From IMG/VR virus record IMGVR_UViG_3300025292_000005, positions 1-45,423 of that record: a stretch of DNA of 45,423 nt. The stretch is one strand, 5' to 3'. A program made the translations under genes and the position numbers. The notes below the pieces were generated by a model, which was not told the origin of the DNA, ran no database searches, and was given only the letters and a program-made list of their open reading frames with translations. Origin of the DNA: a virus. This document shows, piece after piece, positions 1 to 9,055 of the stretch. Positions within the stretch are counted from its first letter, which is position 1, and the number at the start of each line of letters is the position of its first letter.

Positions 1-127
1 ATCGTTCTGATGTCAAGCGGCCGGACGTCCGAACTCTTGGTCAGGCTTTCGACGCTCTTTGCAACCCCGCGCGCCTGGCAGTTCCCAATTACCCAGATGG
101 TCATGCGTCAAGCGCCTCTTCATCGCA
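1..127. repeat. Terminal direct repeat copy 1 (identical to 45297..45423)
   Basis: Letter-for-letter identity read from the sequence. It lies inside coding sequence and joins two ORFs seamlessly. Confidence 0.9.
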
Positions 128-1144
128 CACGACCGCTTCGATACTACGCATCTCCTGCTCTGCCTCGCGGACATCGACCGGCCTGGGGCGCGGCGAGGCG
201 GTTGCCGCTTCAGACGGCGAGAAGAAGTGACGACCGAAAATCCTCATGACGTGAGCAACCCCCTCGCTGGTAACCTCCCGAAGATCCTCCGCAAGATAGC
301 GATGACGGGAATGCTGGCCCGTGATGATCTCGTATGATGGGAAGTAAAAGGACTGAGCATCCGCGCGGGTGACATGCTCGGCAACGACCCGCAATGCGGA
401 CTTGCTGTAGGTCGTTGCGACAAGCACATGCTTCTTTTCGTAGGTCGCCACCAGAGGGACCGGTGAAACCGTGAAGATCATTCGAAGCGCCGGGTTAATC
501 GTGCGGACGTAGCGTGTGAAGATACGAAGATCCGCAATCATTTCCCCAACGTCGAAGTTGTGGTATTCGTAGTCGTCGAAACTTTCCGGGCTCCCGGCCA
601 CACCCGGGGCCAACGGAAAGACTGCGCCGTCCAGCTTCGAGCGCCAGCCTTCCGTCAGCCCCAATGTGAAGATAAATACGTCTGCCGTGTCGAACATGGC
701 TCTCACAGCGGCGAGATGGGTGTCTCTATCAGCATGGAGTGATTCGACTGTCGCAAACCCGTCCGGTTCCACCTGTGGACGGAATGGATCGACATATTTC
801 CCGTCTTGTCGGGTCCATACATCATCGATGGGCACGAAAAGACCGTAGGCCCTCTGGAAGAGCTGCACAAGTTGCCGCGGCGTGTAGATGTTACCGAAGC
901 GAGCAGGGAAAACCTGATAGTTCCGATCGGGGTCGCCGTCCTCCGTGACGAGGTAATGATAGCCGCTCGACGAGAGGTTCCGGGCGATGTGCTGCGCGAA
1001 GCAACTGCCAGCGGTCGCGATTCTATCCTGAGGCGAGAGCGTGAAAGGAACCGATACGACAGGATCGACGTCGTCAGGATGGATTGACGCTACCGACTTT
1101 CGCCAATTGGAATAGGGCGGCAAACCTTTATATGGATGGGTCAT
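101..1144 (-). CDS. GSCFA-family protein (SGNH/GDSL-like hydrolase or acyltransferase candidate)
   Basis: 347-aa ORF with the family-naming motif TAGSCFAQHI near the N-terminus. Its TGA stop (101-103) overlaps as ATGA the ATG at 104 (=45400) of the next gene across the circular junction. Confidence 0.8.
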   Translation of the reverse strand: MTHPYKGLPPYSNWRKSVASIHPDDVDPVVSVPFTLSPQDRIATAGSCFAQHIARNLSSSGYHYLVTEDGDPDRNYQVFPARFGNIYTPRQLVQLFQRAYGLFVPIDDVWTRQDGKYVDPFRPQVEPDGFATVESLHADRDTHLAAVRAMFDTADVFIFTLGLTEGWRSKLDGAVFPLAPGVAGSPESFDDYEYHNFDVGEMIADLRIFTRYVRTINPALRMIFTVSPVPLVATYEKKHVLVATTYSKSALRVVAEHVTRADAQSFYFPSYEIITGQHSRHRYLAEDLREVTSEGVAHVMRIFGRHFFSPSEAATASPRPRPVDVREAEQEMRSIEAVVCDEEALDA

Positions 1145-1204
1145 ATGTCACCGAAATATAAAACTGTCGGTGACATTAGACCGGGGCAATGGAAGACGGC
1201 AACC

Positions 1205-1477
1205 CTAGATTTCTCTTGTGGCTTCTTCCAGCACTGCTCGCGCCTGTTCTTCGGTGTCATCCATATCTTCGTGCAGCACGACAGTTTTCCCGTCGATGAT
1301 CCACTTTCGCTCCGCCTTCCGATAGGTTGCCGCGAACTTGTGGGTTCCGTGGTGCATGGAAGCCAAAGCAGCTTTGAAGGCTTCTTCCTGGGTATCGTCC
1401 ACGTCGGCCGGGAGCGTTACATCGTATGCTCCGATCTGCCAGCGCCGTTCATCGATTTTTTTGATATCCATCATCAT
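1205..1477 (-). CDS. Hypothetical protein (90 aa) downstream of the tailspike
   Basis: ATG preceded by AAGGA. Acidic protein on the same strand as the late operon. No recognisable motif. Confidence 0.55.
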   Translation of the reverse strand: MMMDIKKIDERRWQIGAYDVTLPADVDDTQEEAFKAALASMHHGTHKFAATYRKAERKWIIDGKTVVLHEDMDDTEEQARAVLEEATREI

Positions 1478-1489
1478 GGGCTCTATCCT

Positions 1490-3331
1490 TTAGCTAATGC
1501 ACGTGAAGGTGTATACGAACTGGCGCGATGCGCCGGATCGGTTCTCGATTTGGACAACGCCATTGTTGCAACTGATGGTAACTTGGCCATCAACCCCTGT
1601 TGTTCCGGTCAGCACGGAAGTAGAGAGAGCTATCGATGTCCCATTGGTGCCGGCCGCACGGCAAAGATGGGTTCCCGATGCTCGTATTTTCGCCCTTGCC
1701 CATAGCTGGTCCGCACTGGTCGTATCCATTTCAAACACGCCCTCGGTGAGCGAAGGCGGGGTAATGGAAGTAACTGCGTCATCTGCAACTGAGACGGCCC
1801 CTGATCTATACCCAGGCGCCACGACCTCACCCACGTTGGTGACGGTGAAAATGGGGGTCAGATCGGTATTGCTCCGATACCCGATAAACATTGCACCAGC
1901 GCCCCCGCCATGGGATTGGAAGCCGGCTGTTAAAGGCTTCAGCGGCTGTCCTGTGCCTGTCCTCAAGCTGTATCCAAAACTGACCGCACCGGTTTCACCA
2001 GAAATCCCGGAGCCGCCCGCCTGAAAACCTGCCGTGCAGCCATCAGATACATGCGACCGGACGCCGACAGCCTCAGTAACTGCGTTTCCATTGCTGTAGA
2101 TTGTGGCGAGAAGGCCGGTGAGAAGACCGGTAAACCCTGAAGCAGGAGCCGCTTCGGTGAACGCGTACATTGCGCGAAGGTTTCCCCCGCCGCCAAGCGC
2201 CGTTACCGATCCCTTATAAGCACGGATGTCGTGGTTAATGTTGGTCGTATCGGTCGTGAGATGGGCGCTGTACCCCCTGAACTCGGCTTCCGAGCCAACA
2301 ATCCCGTCTGGAAGATGGGCCTCAACATGATAGGCATATTGGCGAGTGCTGCCTGTTACCTGAGTGTTCCCGAAATCTGAGTATTCGTGAACCCTGGCAT
2401 TCCGGTTCGTTTGGATAGTGCTTTCCGCTAAGCTGAAGACCCCGTTTCTAAGAACCTGTCCTGGGAAAGACGTACCGTTGCCAAAGGTGGTGTCCGGCTC
2501 GACTCTCGTCCGGCAGTCGAAGGTCACAGCCTTATCACCGACCGTGAGCGAGCTTGCGACAAGTGCGGAGAAGTCGCCGGACGGAACACCGATCACCCCG
2601 CCCCCAACCGGAAGCGCGTCAATCGCCGCCTGAAACGCCGTCAGCAATGCTCCCGCAGATCCGCCCGAGACAGCCCCGTAATAGGTAACATCGACCGGGC
2701 GGGTAGCCATGGCAAGGTTGCTCTTGGCGGTCAGCTTGTTTGCGAGATCGGAGAGGTTTTGTGCCTTCTGCGCAGCACTATCAGCAAGGGCGAGCGAGGC
2801 TATTGAGGCTGCATTCAGCGCTACCGTGCGGTTTGCGGACAGGTCGCCGCCGCCGGTGAGACCCGTTCCCGCCGTCAACGTGCGAGAGGTCTGGACGGCA
2901 TTGACGATGCGGGTATCGTCGCCGGCCGCTACAGTACCGGCCGTGGTGCCAACATCAAGGGCGGCAGCGTCCCCAAGATCTCCTGGCTGAACGGCGCTGT
3001 CAGCGGTAGCCCCTTGCGCCGCCGTCGCGAATGCGGTGGCATCCTGCGCGGCAGCAGTGCCAAGCGTAGGAAGGTTGCCGAGATCGTTATAATCCCCGCT
3101 GATCCCCGCCGTAGAAACCTGCGCGGTGATCGCCTGCTTGGTGGTCAAAGGCGTCATAGCCTTGGACGGATTTGTCCCCGCCTCTGCTTCGGCTTGAGAG
3201 GCGAGCGGGCGGCCAGTATCCACGAGGGTCTGGATCGTGACCTTCTCGGTTGCCGCTCCGTCTACGGCGACGTTGAGGGTCGCGACCGGAGAGGCGGCCG
3301 TGGGTAATTGGTTAATGCGAATATCCGCCAA
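1490..3331 (-). CDS. Tailspike/tail fibre with pectate-lyase-like beta-helix (depolymerase candidate)
   Basis: The ORF track extends to a GTG at 3427. AGGAGA lies 6 nt upstream of an in-frame TTG at 3331, giving MADIRINQLPTA, a typical fibre N-terminus. The motif VDVTYYGAVSGG..AFQAAIDALP..GGVIGVPSGDF resembles the pectate_lyase_3 entry motif. Confidence 0.75.
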   Translation of the reverse strand: MADIRINQLPTAASPVATLNVAVDGAATEKVTIQTLVDTGRPLASQAEAEAGTNPSKAMTPLTTKQAITAQVSTAGISGDYNDLGNLPTLGTAAAQDATAFATAAQGATADSAVQPGDLGDAAALDVGTTAGTVAAGDDTRIVNAVQTSRTLTAGTGLTGGGDLSANRTVALNAASIASLALADSAAQKAQNLSDLANKLTAKSNLAMATRPVDVTYYGAVSGGSAGALLTAFQAAIDALPVGGGVIGVPSGDFSALVASSLTVGDKAVTFDCRTRVEPDTTFGNGTSFPGQVLRNGVFSLAESTIQTNRNARVHEYSDFGNTQVTGSTRQYAYHVEAHLPDGIVGSEAEFRGYSAHLTTDTTNINHDIRAYKGSVTALGGGGNLRAMYAFTEAAPASGFTGLLTGLLATIYSNGNAVTEAVGVRSHVSDGCTAGFQAGGSGISGETGAVSFGYSLRTGTGQPLKPLTAGFQSHGGGAGAMFIGYRSNTDLTPIFTVTNVGEVVAPGYRSGAVSVADDAVTSITPPSLTEGVFEMDTTSADQLWARAKIRASGTHLCRAAGTNGTSIALSTSVLTGTTGVDGQVTISCNNGVVQIENRSGASRQFVYTFTCIS

Positions 3332-3441
3332 AGTGGATCTCCTATTGATCTGAGAGCCACAACCAGCCAGAATCACGAACGCGCCGAAGGCTTGCAGGCC
3401 GACGACGCGCTCTAACCAAGCCAACACGGACGAGGTGTCAG

Positions 3442-4140
3442 ATGGCTATGAAATTCAAAGCATGTTGTGTTGAAGGTTGCAACAACTGCGCTTCACAAGA
3501 AAGAGGCGGAAGGCGTGGCCTTTGCTCGTCTCATTACTGGCGATGGAAAAGATCTAGACAAGGCTTGAAGAGATGTTCGGTAGGCGGCTGCTCAACTTCA
3601 TCGACGACCAAAGGGATGTGCTCAATGCACTACCACCGGTTTCGGACATTTGGCGATCCGATGAAAGGCCGAACCCCTAACGGAGCCCCTCAGCGATATT
3701 TCGATGAAGTCGTTCTGGTCTACGGCGGCGACGAGTGCTTGATGTGGCCTTACGCGAAGGACAATCAGGGATATGCAAGAATGTTCGACGGAAAACGAAT
3801 GAAAAGCGTCTCCAGAATGGCCTGCGAGAAAGCCAACGGAGAGGCCCCTGATGGGAAGCCTCACGCGGCGCATGCCTGTGGCAATGGGCATTTAGGGTGC
3901 GTTTCTAAGGTGCACATTCGGTGGGCGTCGGTATCCGACAACATGAACGACAAAGTGAAACATGGGACCAGTAACCGCGGAATACGCTGCGCATCTGCAA
4001 AGTTATCAGAACAAGACGTTAAGGACATACGATCGTCTAAAGGCATCCATTCCCAATACGTAATCGCGCATAAGTATGGGATAAACCAATCAACAGTCAG
4101 CGATATCATGACTGGAAAGCTCTGGGCTTGGCTTCCATGA
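3442..4140 (+). CDS. HNH homing endonuclease (free-standing, antisense to the tail genes)
   Basis: 232 aa, with GAGGTG RBS before the ATG. N-terminal repeated C..GC...C..HY.R zinc modules, then HACGNGHLGCV..H..W....DN (His-Me finger). C-terminal HTH-like tail. Confidence 0.8.
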   Translation: MAMKFKACCVEGCNNCASQERGGRRGLCSSHYWRWKRSRQGLKRCSVGGCSTSSTTKGMCSMHYHRFRTFGDPMKGRTPNGAPQRYFDEVVLVYGGDECLMWPYAKDNQGYARMFDGKRMKSVSRMACEKANGEAPDGKPHAAHACGNGHLGCVSKVHIRWASVSDNMNDKVKHGTSNRGIRCASAKLSEQDVKDIRSSKGIHSQYVIAHKYGINQSTVSDIMTGKLWAWLP

Positions 4141-4154
4141 AGGTTTATCGGCCA

Positions 4155-5237
4155 TTATTTCACCCTCATGTATGCCTTGACGGCGACGTTTTTCATGCGC
4201 GTTTCTGTGGAGGTTCGGGCCGAACGAGATAGGTCGAAATCGACGACGTAAGATGTAGCCGTGCCGCTACCGCCGCCTCGGCTCCAGCTGTCTTGAGCCG
4301 ACCCTGATCGGAATGGATCATCAGGCGTTCCAGATACCAAGGTTGATGCCGCATTAGCGGACGTGACATTCTGCATGGCATCGTTCTGGAGAGTGCCGGC
4401 AGTCGTGCCGGGGCGAAGAATGCGGCCTTCCGAGTTCAGCAACCGCACGGTCTGCCCGTTCATAGGAGATCCAGCAACTGAGATCACCGCCGACGCCAGG
4501 ACAAGAGGAGCCGTCCCGATGACGGATTCAGTCGTCAGCTTGCCGTTGTTGAATTGCCCTACTCCCGTAAGGCCAGCCGTCAGCTCGATATAGACGACGT
4601 CGGTTGCCGAGACGGGCGGGATATCCACGCCGGTTAGGGACGTATCGACCATGTAAACTTCGCCTATACCCTTGTAGGCCCATATGCCGCCCGTGATGTA
4701 GGCAACGAACGTGGTCGCGCTTGTGCGATAGATCTGAGCCTTTTGGCCCTTTGACAATGTGATGGTGGTGAGGCCGTTGATCGTTTCCGTGCCATTCGGG
4801 TCGATGATAACCGATCCACCATCTGCCCAAGCCTCGATATACCAAGTGCTGCGGAGGTCAGCCCCTGCGTCGATTGAGAGGGTTGCAGACGACCCGGTAA
4901 ACCGGAATGTCGTGTTGAAATCGGCATCGACGGCGGTATAGCTGGACGATCGGCTCGACAATTCTCCGCCAAGTTCGGAGACGGCCGCATCAAAGGTGGA
5001 TTTGTTGACCGCGTCCCCATCTGCTGTAGGGTTCCCGATATTGACGACGCGGAAGCCGTTCATGTTCAGCTGACCGCTCATCGGAGCTACGCCTGAGCGA
5101 AGGATCACCTGGCTCAGCATGCTCGCGATGTCTTCCAAGGGCGGATTGTGCTGGCTTGAAAGAATAGTTTGGCCGTCTACGGCAAGATATCCGGGGACGA
5201 GGGAGGCATTCCCGTTCGAATCAAATGGCATTGGCAT
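4155..5237 (-). CDS. Tail fibre protein with C-terminal tail-collar-like domain
   Basis: N-terminus VDGQTILSSQHNPPLEDIASMLSQVILRSGVAPMSGQLNMNGFRVVNIGNPTADGDAVNKS is typical of phage fibres. The C-terminus TETRMKNVAVKAYMRV resembles a collar domain. Confidence 0.75.
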   Translation of the reverse strand: MPMPFDSNGNASLVPGYLAVDGQTILSSQHNPPLEDIASMLSQVILRSGVAPMSGQLNMNGFRVVNIGNPTADGDAVNKSTFDAAVSELGGELSSRSSSYTAVDADFNTTFRFTGSSATLSIDAGADLRSTWYIEAWADGGSVIIDPNGTETINGLTTITLSKGQKAQIYRTSATTFVAYITGGIWAYKGIGEVYMVDTSLTGVDIPPVSATDVVYIELTAGLTGVGQFNNGKLTTESVIGTAPLVLASAVISVAGSPMNGQTVRLLNSEGRILRPGTTAGTLQNDAMQNVTSANAASTLVSGTPDDPFRSGSAQDSWSRGGGSGTATSYVVDFDLSRSARTSTETRMKNVAVKAYMRVK

Positions 5238-5246
5238 GTCCCCATG

Positions 5247-5272
5247 CGAAAAAGGCCCCGCGGTTGCGAGGC
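5247..5272 (-). terminator. Possible intrinsic terminator/attenuator upstream of the tail-fibre gene
   Basis: Minus strand reads GCCUCGC-AACC-GCGGGGC followed by CUUUUUC. It lies in a 200-bp lower-GC gap between genes. Confidence 0.35.
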
Positions 5273-5438
5273 TGGGTGAAGTCGGATATGTTCGGGAAGG
5301 CGGCTTACATTGAGGGACAGCTATTGAAGCTATTTCAGCTTGCCGTGTTTTTGGGGTTTCTCATATGCAATATCCATTTCCAGTGGGGAGCTACAGGTAT
5401 TGCAGCTCCTGTGGCTGGGGGGATGATTGCCTATTACG

Positions 5439-7034
5439 CTACCGGTCTGGTAATCGCTGTTGCTGACTTTGTCCGAGAAGGGCCTCGATCACTGCTGCGT
5501 ACTGCCCCGGGCTACCTAGACGCGTTTGCTCCAAAAGAGCGTTCGCGAGGTATCTCTGAACAGGAGAGGACATAAGGGCCCTCCCTGCCACCATCGGCAG
5601 CGCTGCCCCAGCCAATGCGCCTGCTACCCCAGCCATAGGCCCGCCGGCCGCCGTAGCGGCTATACCGCCACCAGCCCCGGTGATGCCGCCAAGGGTTCTT
5701 GCATTGAGCCTGGTTGCCGTTCCACTGTCTGGAAGCGGTCGCATGACAGCTTCCCCGGATCTGGCCAAGTCAGCAAAATCACCTTGCCCGCGAGCATAGG
5801 CACGGCGACCCTGCTGGACTACGGCGTTCCTGAGCGATGATGGGGAAATAAGGCCAGAGGCCGCGTTCTCGCCCGCTCCCGTAGCGGCCTTCTCCAGAAC
5901 AAGCATATTCCGATACTGTGTGCGGGCGCTCTGCCACGCGCCGAGATCGTTCGGGTTTGCCTGGGTAATGCTGCGTTCCATGGCATCGTCAAGAGCGTCC
6001 CGGATGCCTTGAAGGGCTTCCTTGCGATCTATGTCGTTGGTACCGCGGATCATCTTGGCAAGCCGCGAGGTGGTTCGCTGGAAAAAGTCACCCGCGATCG
6101 GGCCTGTCGTAGCCTTCGCAGTGAGGTCGCTGACCAAGTCTTCCACGATTGGAGACCGAGCACTTTCGGGCGTCACGCTCACATACTGACGGTAGGTATT
6201 CCCGAGGTCTTGACCGAATTGTGGATCAGGGATGATCTGGTTTCGAGAAGCAAGATTATCGAAATCCTTACCGATGCGCGTAAAGGCATCGTCGATGACC
6301 TCTGGCGTTGCTCTTTCGGCATCGATCCCTGCGCGACGGAGTGCGGCGGCGGTGAATTGTTCGCCTTGACGCTCCATTACGTTCGCCGCGCTCCCGCCCC
6401 CAAGCTCGCTTTCCATGGCCCGAAGGTTCCGGCTTCCGGTAATCTGCCCTGCTGTCGGCTGCACCCCCTCAGAACGCAGTATTTCTGACGCCGCCTGACG
6501 TTCGGGAGAGACACCTATAGGAGTAATAGCCCTTCGAACAACGGATGGGGTAATGAGCGCGGCCGCAATGCGAGCATATGGCTCGACAACACTTCCCTCC
6601 GTAAGTTGCCCAGCTGCCTCGCTCGTCAACGCTGGCGCGACACCGTTCACAAGCAGATTGGACGGGTTAACGCCTCCAAAGAGTGCCGCGCCAGGAAGAA
6701 ACTCACCGACCGTGGAAGCGTACTCACCTGTGGTCGTGGTTGGTTTATAGTCCGTCGCACCCCCGGATACAGCAGAAAGGCCGGCTCGGGCATTTTGGGA
6801 ATTAAACGGATTTTGAGGTGGAGCTTTCATACCCGTTACGTAGCTTACGCCCTGATCAAACAGGTTATTGAGCGTCCCAGGTAGTCCGATCAGGTCCGCC
6901 GCACCACGGGCAACGCCAGATGCCAAGGATGCCCCCGCATCTTTGATGGTCTCGCCCCATCCTCCGCCCTGCTCCATTTCCCGGCGACGACGGGCCTGCG
7001 CTATGGCGATAGCCTTTTGCTGCTCTAGGTTCAC
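5439..7034 (-). CDS. Internal virion/ejection protein (531 aa)
   Basis: Occupies the position after the nozzle and other internal proteins. The C-terminus is a Gly/Ala-rich hydrophobic tract (GITGAGGGIAATAAGGPMAGVAGALAGAALPMVAG), consistent with membrane insertion. Confidence 0.55.
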   Translation of the reverse strand: MNLEQQKAIAIAQARRRREMEQGGGWGETIKDAGASLASGVARGAADLIGLPGTLNNLFDQGVSYVTGMKAPPQNPFNSQNARAGLSAVSGGATDYKPTTTTGEYASTVGEFLPGAALFGGVNPSNLLVNGVAPALTSEAAGQLTEGSVVEPYARIAAALITPSVVRRAITPIGVSPERQAASEILRSEGVQPTAGQITGSRNLRAMESELGGGSAANVMERQGEQFTAAALRRAGIDAERATPEVIDDAFTRIGKDFDNLASRNQIIPDPQFGQDLGNTYRQYVSVTPESARSPIVEDLVSDLTAKATTGPIAGDFFQRTTSRLAKMIRGTNDIDRKEALQGIRDALDDAMERSITQANPNDLGAWQSARTQYRNMLVLEKAATGAGENAASGLISPSSLRNAVVQQGRRAYARGQGDFADLARSGEAVMRPLPDSGTATRLNARTLGGITGAGGGIAATAAGGPMAGVAGALAGAALPMVAGRALMSSPVQRYLANALLEQTRLGSPGQYAAVIEALLGQSQQQRLPDR

Positions 7035-9055
7035 TGGAAAAGCCTCCGCTGCTCAGGCGTCATATATTTCCAGTCCTCTGGGTCAACGCCCTGCGGCACG
7101 TCTTCGGGACCAGACTTAAGCTGACGGGTCTGCTCGAATATGGCATCACCAACCTTAGGACCATGGATAACGCGAAGGAGGGTCTTTTCGTAATTGTCGA
7201 GAGCCTTCTCAACTTGCTCGCGCCCTGCATTCGGATCGATAGCTCCAGCGGCGGCCGCAAGCATCGCGCCTTCCTTCTCTGTCACGCTTCCAAGTGCGCC
7301 GCCGGTCGGGCTGGCCTGACGCATGGCGGTCAGGTTCTCGATTGTGGCGTTGGAGGTCAGGACGCCGATCTGACGACGAAGCTCAGCAGCATCGCTTTCC
7401 GTGAGGTTTGCGGCCATGCGGCCCAGAGTGCCGGTCGTCATAGTCCCGTTCTTGAGCAGATTTCTGGCCTCGGAAGCGGCATTCGTGATAACATCGGTAG
7501 CAGTTTCCTTCCGGCCACCTTGCGTTTCTCTCGCCTTGAGTGCCTGCTCCATTTCAAGAGCTGCGGGAGAGCCTGGAATGGGCTGGATCGAGGTAATTCT
7601 CCCTTGATCGTCACGGAGAGCCTGATAACCGGCTGGAATGCTCCCTTCATTATTAATGGTGATCCCTTTATCGCCACCCGAAAGCATGAATTTCTGATAA
7701 TCGGGCGTCCCCGGCTGAAGACCGGCCTGCTCCGCTCTCAGCTGAAGGGATCGAACACTATCTGGGACCTTCGCGTTAGGATTTTGAAGAGCATCAATCT
7801 CCAATTGGCTTTTCCGCAGTCCAAGCTGATAGGCAGGATCAGCTTGCTTGAGCTGCATTTCCTGCTGTGCCTGCTGCTGGGCAATCTGCTGTTGCAAGAG
7901 CGCCTTGGCGACAGCCTGGGTCTGCGGGCTCGCACGAGGATCGGTCAAAGCGCGGATAATCGCCGGGTTGATGCCCGGAGCCTGCCTCTGGGGCTGCGGT
8001 CCAGTGAGGGCCTGGGCTACCTGCTGCGGTGGAACCGCTGCGACGGCTGGCGGTGAGGCGATGGTCGTCGGCGCAGGAAGCGCGGGGGCATCCGGTTGGG
8101 CGCTCACCATGGGATCGACATAGCCGGATGCCGGCGCAGCAGCCTCAATTGCTGCCGCAGCGGGGGGCATGCTGGAGGAGGATAAAGCTGCCATAGCAGC
8201 CTGAGGAGAGGCCGAGGCAACTTGTGTCGGTTGGCCGCCGATAGCGGACAACACTAGCGACTCTGGGTATAGGCGCCCCTTCTGGCCGTGTTCTTGCAGA
8301 ATGAGAGCTTGCATGAATTTAGCGGCGCGCTGAGGGTCATTGAAGCCAATGTCCTCATCCGGCCGGATGCCCATGGTGCGCGCTACGTTCGCTGCAGCCT
8401 GGAAATTGCCAGGGGTCCAGCCCATATCTCCGGCGATCATCTGGTTGGGCGTCAGTTTGCCGCCAGCGTATTTCTTACCGAGAAGCGAATACATCGCCCT
8501 CATGCCGGACTCGGGCGTGTCAAAGACCGCCTGTGGGTCTCCCTGGTCGGTGTTTACCGATGGGCCGACGATGCCGGGAACCCTTTGGCCTACATACTTG
8601 ATATTGCCGGGATTGTTGTTCCGCATACCCGCCGGGAGCGTGGCACGGCGCGCATCGTCCGATAGATATGCGCCAAGTTCTGTCCCATCGTTGGCAAAAA
8701 CCGGCGTGTTGGCCGCGACCACCGCTGGGCTGGTCGCGGCCATCTCATTGCCGGCGCCCGTCGTGGTCGGCATTGCTGCGGCCGCCGGCACAGACGTTGC
8801 GGCCCCGCCAAGCAGGGTATTAATGATGCTGTCGTTATAGGCGCTGTTATCCTTCTCAGCGCCGGTGGCAACACGGTCGTCGATTGCGCCCATGACGCCC
8901 TGCGCCACACGCGCCAGGCCCTGCGACCAATGCCCGACCGGGGAGAAGTCCATACCCTGCCTCATCAGGGCGGCGGCAATCTTCCGCTGCGCCTCGATCT
9001 GGTCGGGGGTGAGCTTGGTTCCGCCCTGCCCCCACAGGAAAGGTTCTGCAGCCAT
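7031..9055 (-). CDS. Large internal virion/ejection protein (674 aa) with conserved NNNPGNI motif
   Basis: ATGA-type overlap with both neighbours. Ala/Pro-rich linkers, the motif MRNNNPGNIKY and a C-terminal coiled region. A cell-wall-acting role is only inferred. Confidence 0.55.
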   Translation of the reverse strand: MAAEPFLWGQGGTKLTPDQIEAQRKIAAALMRQGMDFSPVGHWSQGLARVAQGVMGAIDDRVATGAEKDNSAYNDSIINTLLGGAATSVPAAAAMPTTTGAGNEMAATSPAVVAANTPVFANDGTELGAYLSDDARRATLPAGMRNNNPGNIKYVGQRVPGIVGPSVNTDQGDPQAVFDTPESGMRAMYSLLGKKYAGGKLTPNQMIAGDMGWTPGNFQAAANVARTMGIRPDEDIGFNDPQRAAKFMQALILQEHGQKGRLYPESLVLSAIGGQPTQVASASPQAAMAALSSSSMPPAAAAIEAAAPASGYVDPMVSAQPDAPALPAPTTIASPPAVAAVPPQQVAQALTGPQPQRQAPGINPAIIRALTDPRASPQTQAVAKALLQQQIAQQQAQQEMQLKQADPAYQLGLRKSQLEIDALQNPNAKVPDSVRSLQLRAEQAGLQPGTPDYQKFMLSGGDKGITINNEGSIPAGYQALRDDQGRITSIQPIPGSPAALEMEQALKARETQGGRKETATDVITNAASEARNLLKNGTMTTGTLGRMAANLTESDAAELRRQIGVLTSNATIENLTAMRQASPTGGALGSVTEKEGAMLAAAAGAIDPNAGREQVEKALDNYEKTLLRVIHGPKVGDAIFEQTRQLKSGPEDVPQGVDPEDWKYMTPEQRRLFQ

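Noticed and set aside
1-127. The terminal 127-bp repeats read as prophage att sites or as phage direct terminal repeats.
   Set aside because: The repeat is internal to coding sequence and joins two translationally coupled genes. The attP candidate with integrase lies elsewhere (about 40.8 kb). An assembly overlap of a circular or permuted molecule is the simpler reading, though a physical DTR cannot be excluded without reads.
3332-3427. N-terminal extension of the tailspike ORF that looks like a lipoprotein signal (FVILAGCGS).
   Set aside because: The extension starts at a GTG without an RBS. A strong AGGAGA-6nt-TTG start at 3331 gives a canonical fibre N-terminus (MADIRINQLP). The lipobox is probably fortuitous.
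5225-5575. 116-aa plus-strand ORF with hydrophobic segments in the gap before the tail-fibre gene.
   Set aside because: Most of it overlaps the 3-prime end of the 531-aa ejection-protein gene on the other strand and it has no RBS. The 200-bp gap (5238-5438) itself looks non-coding, with terminator-like structure and lower GC.
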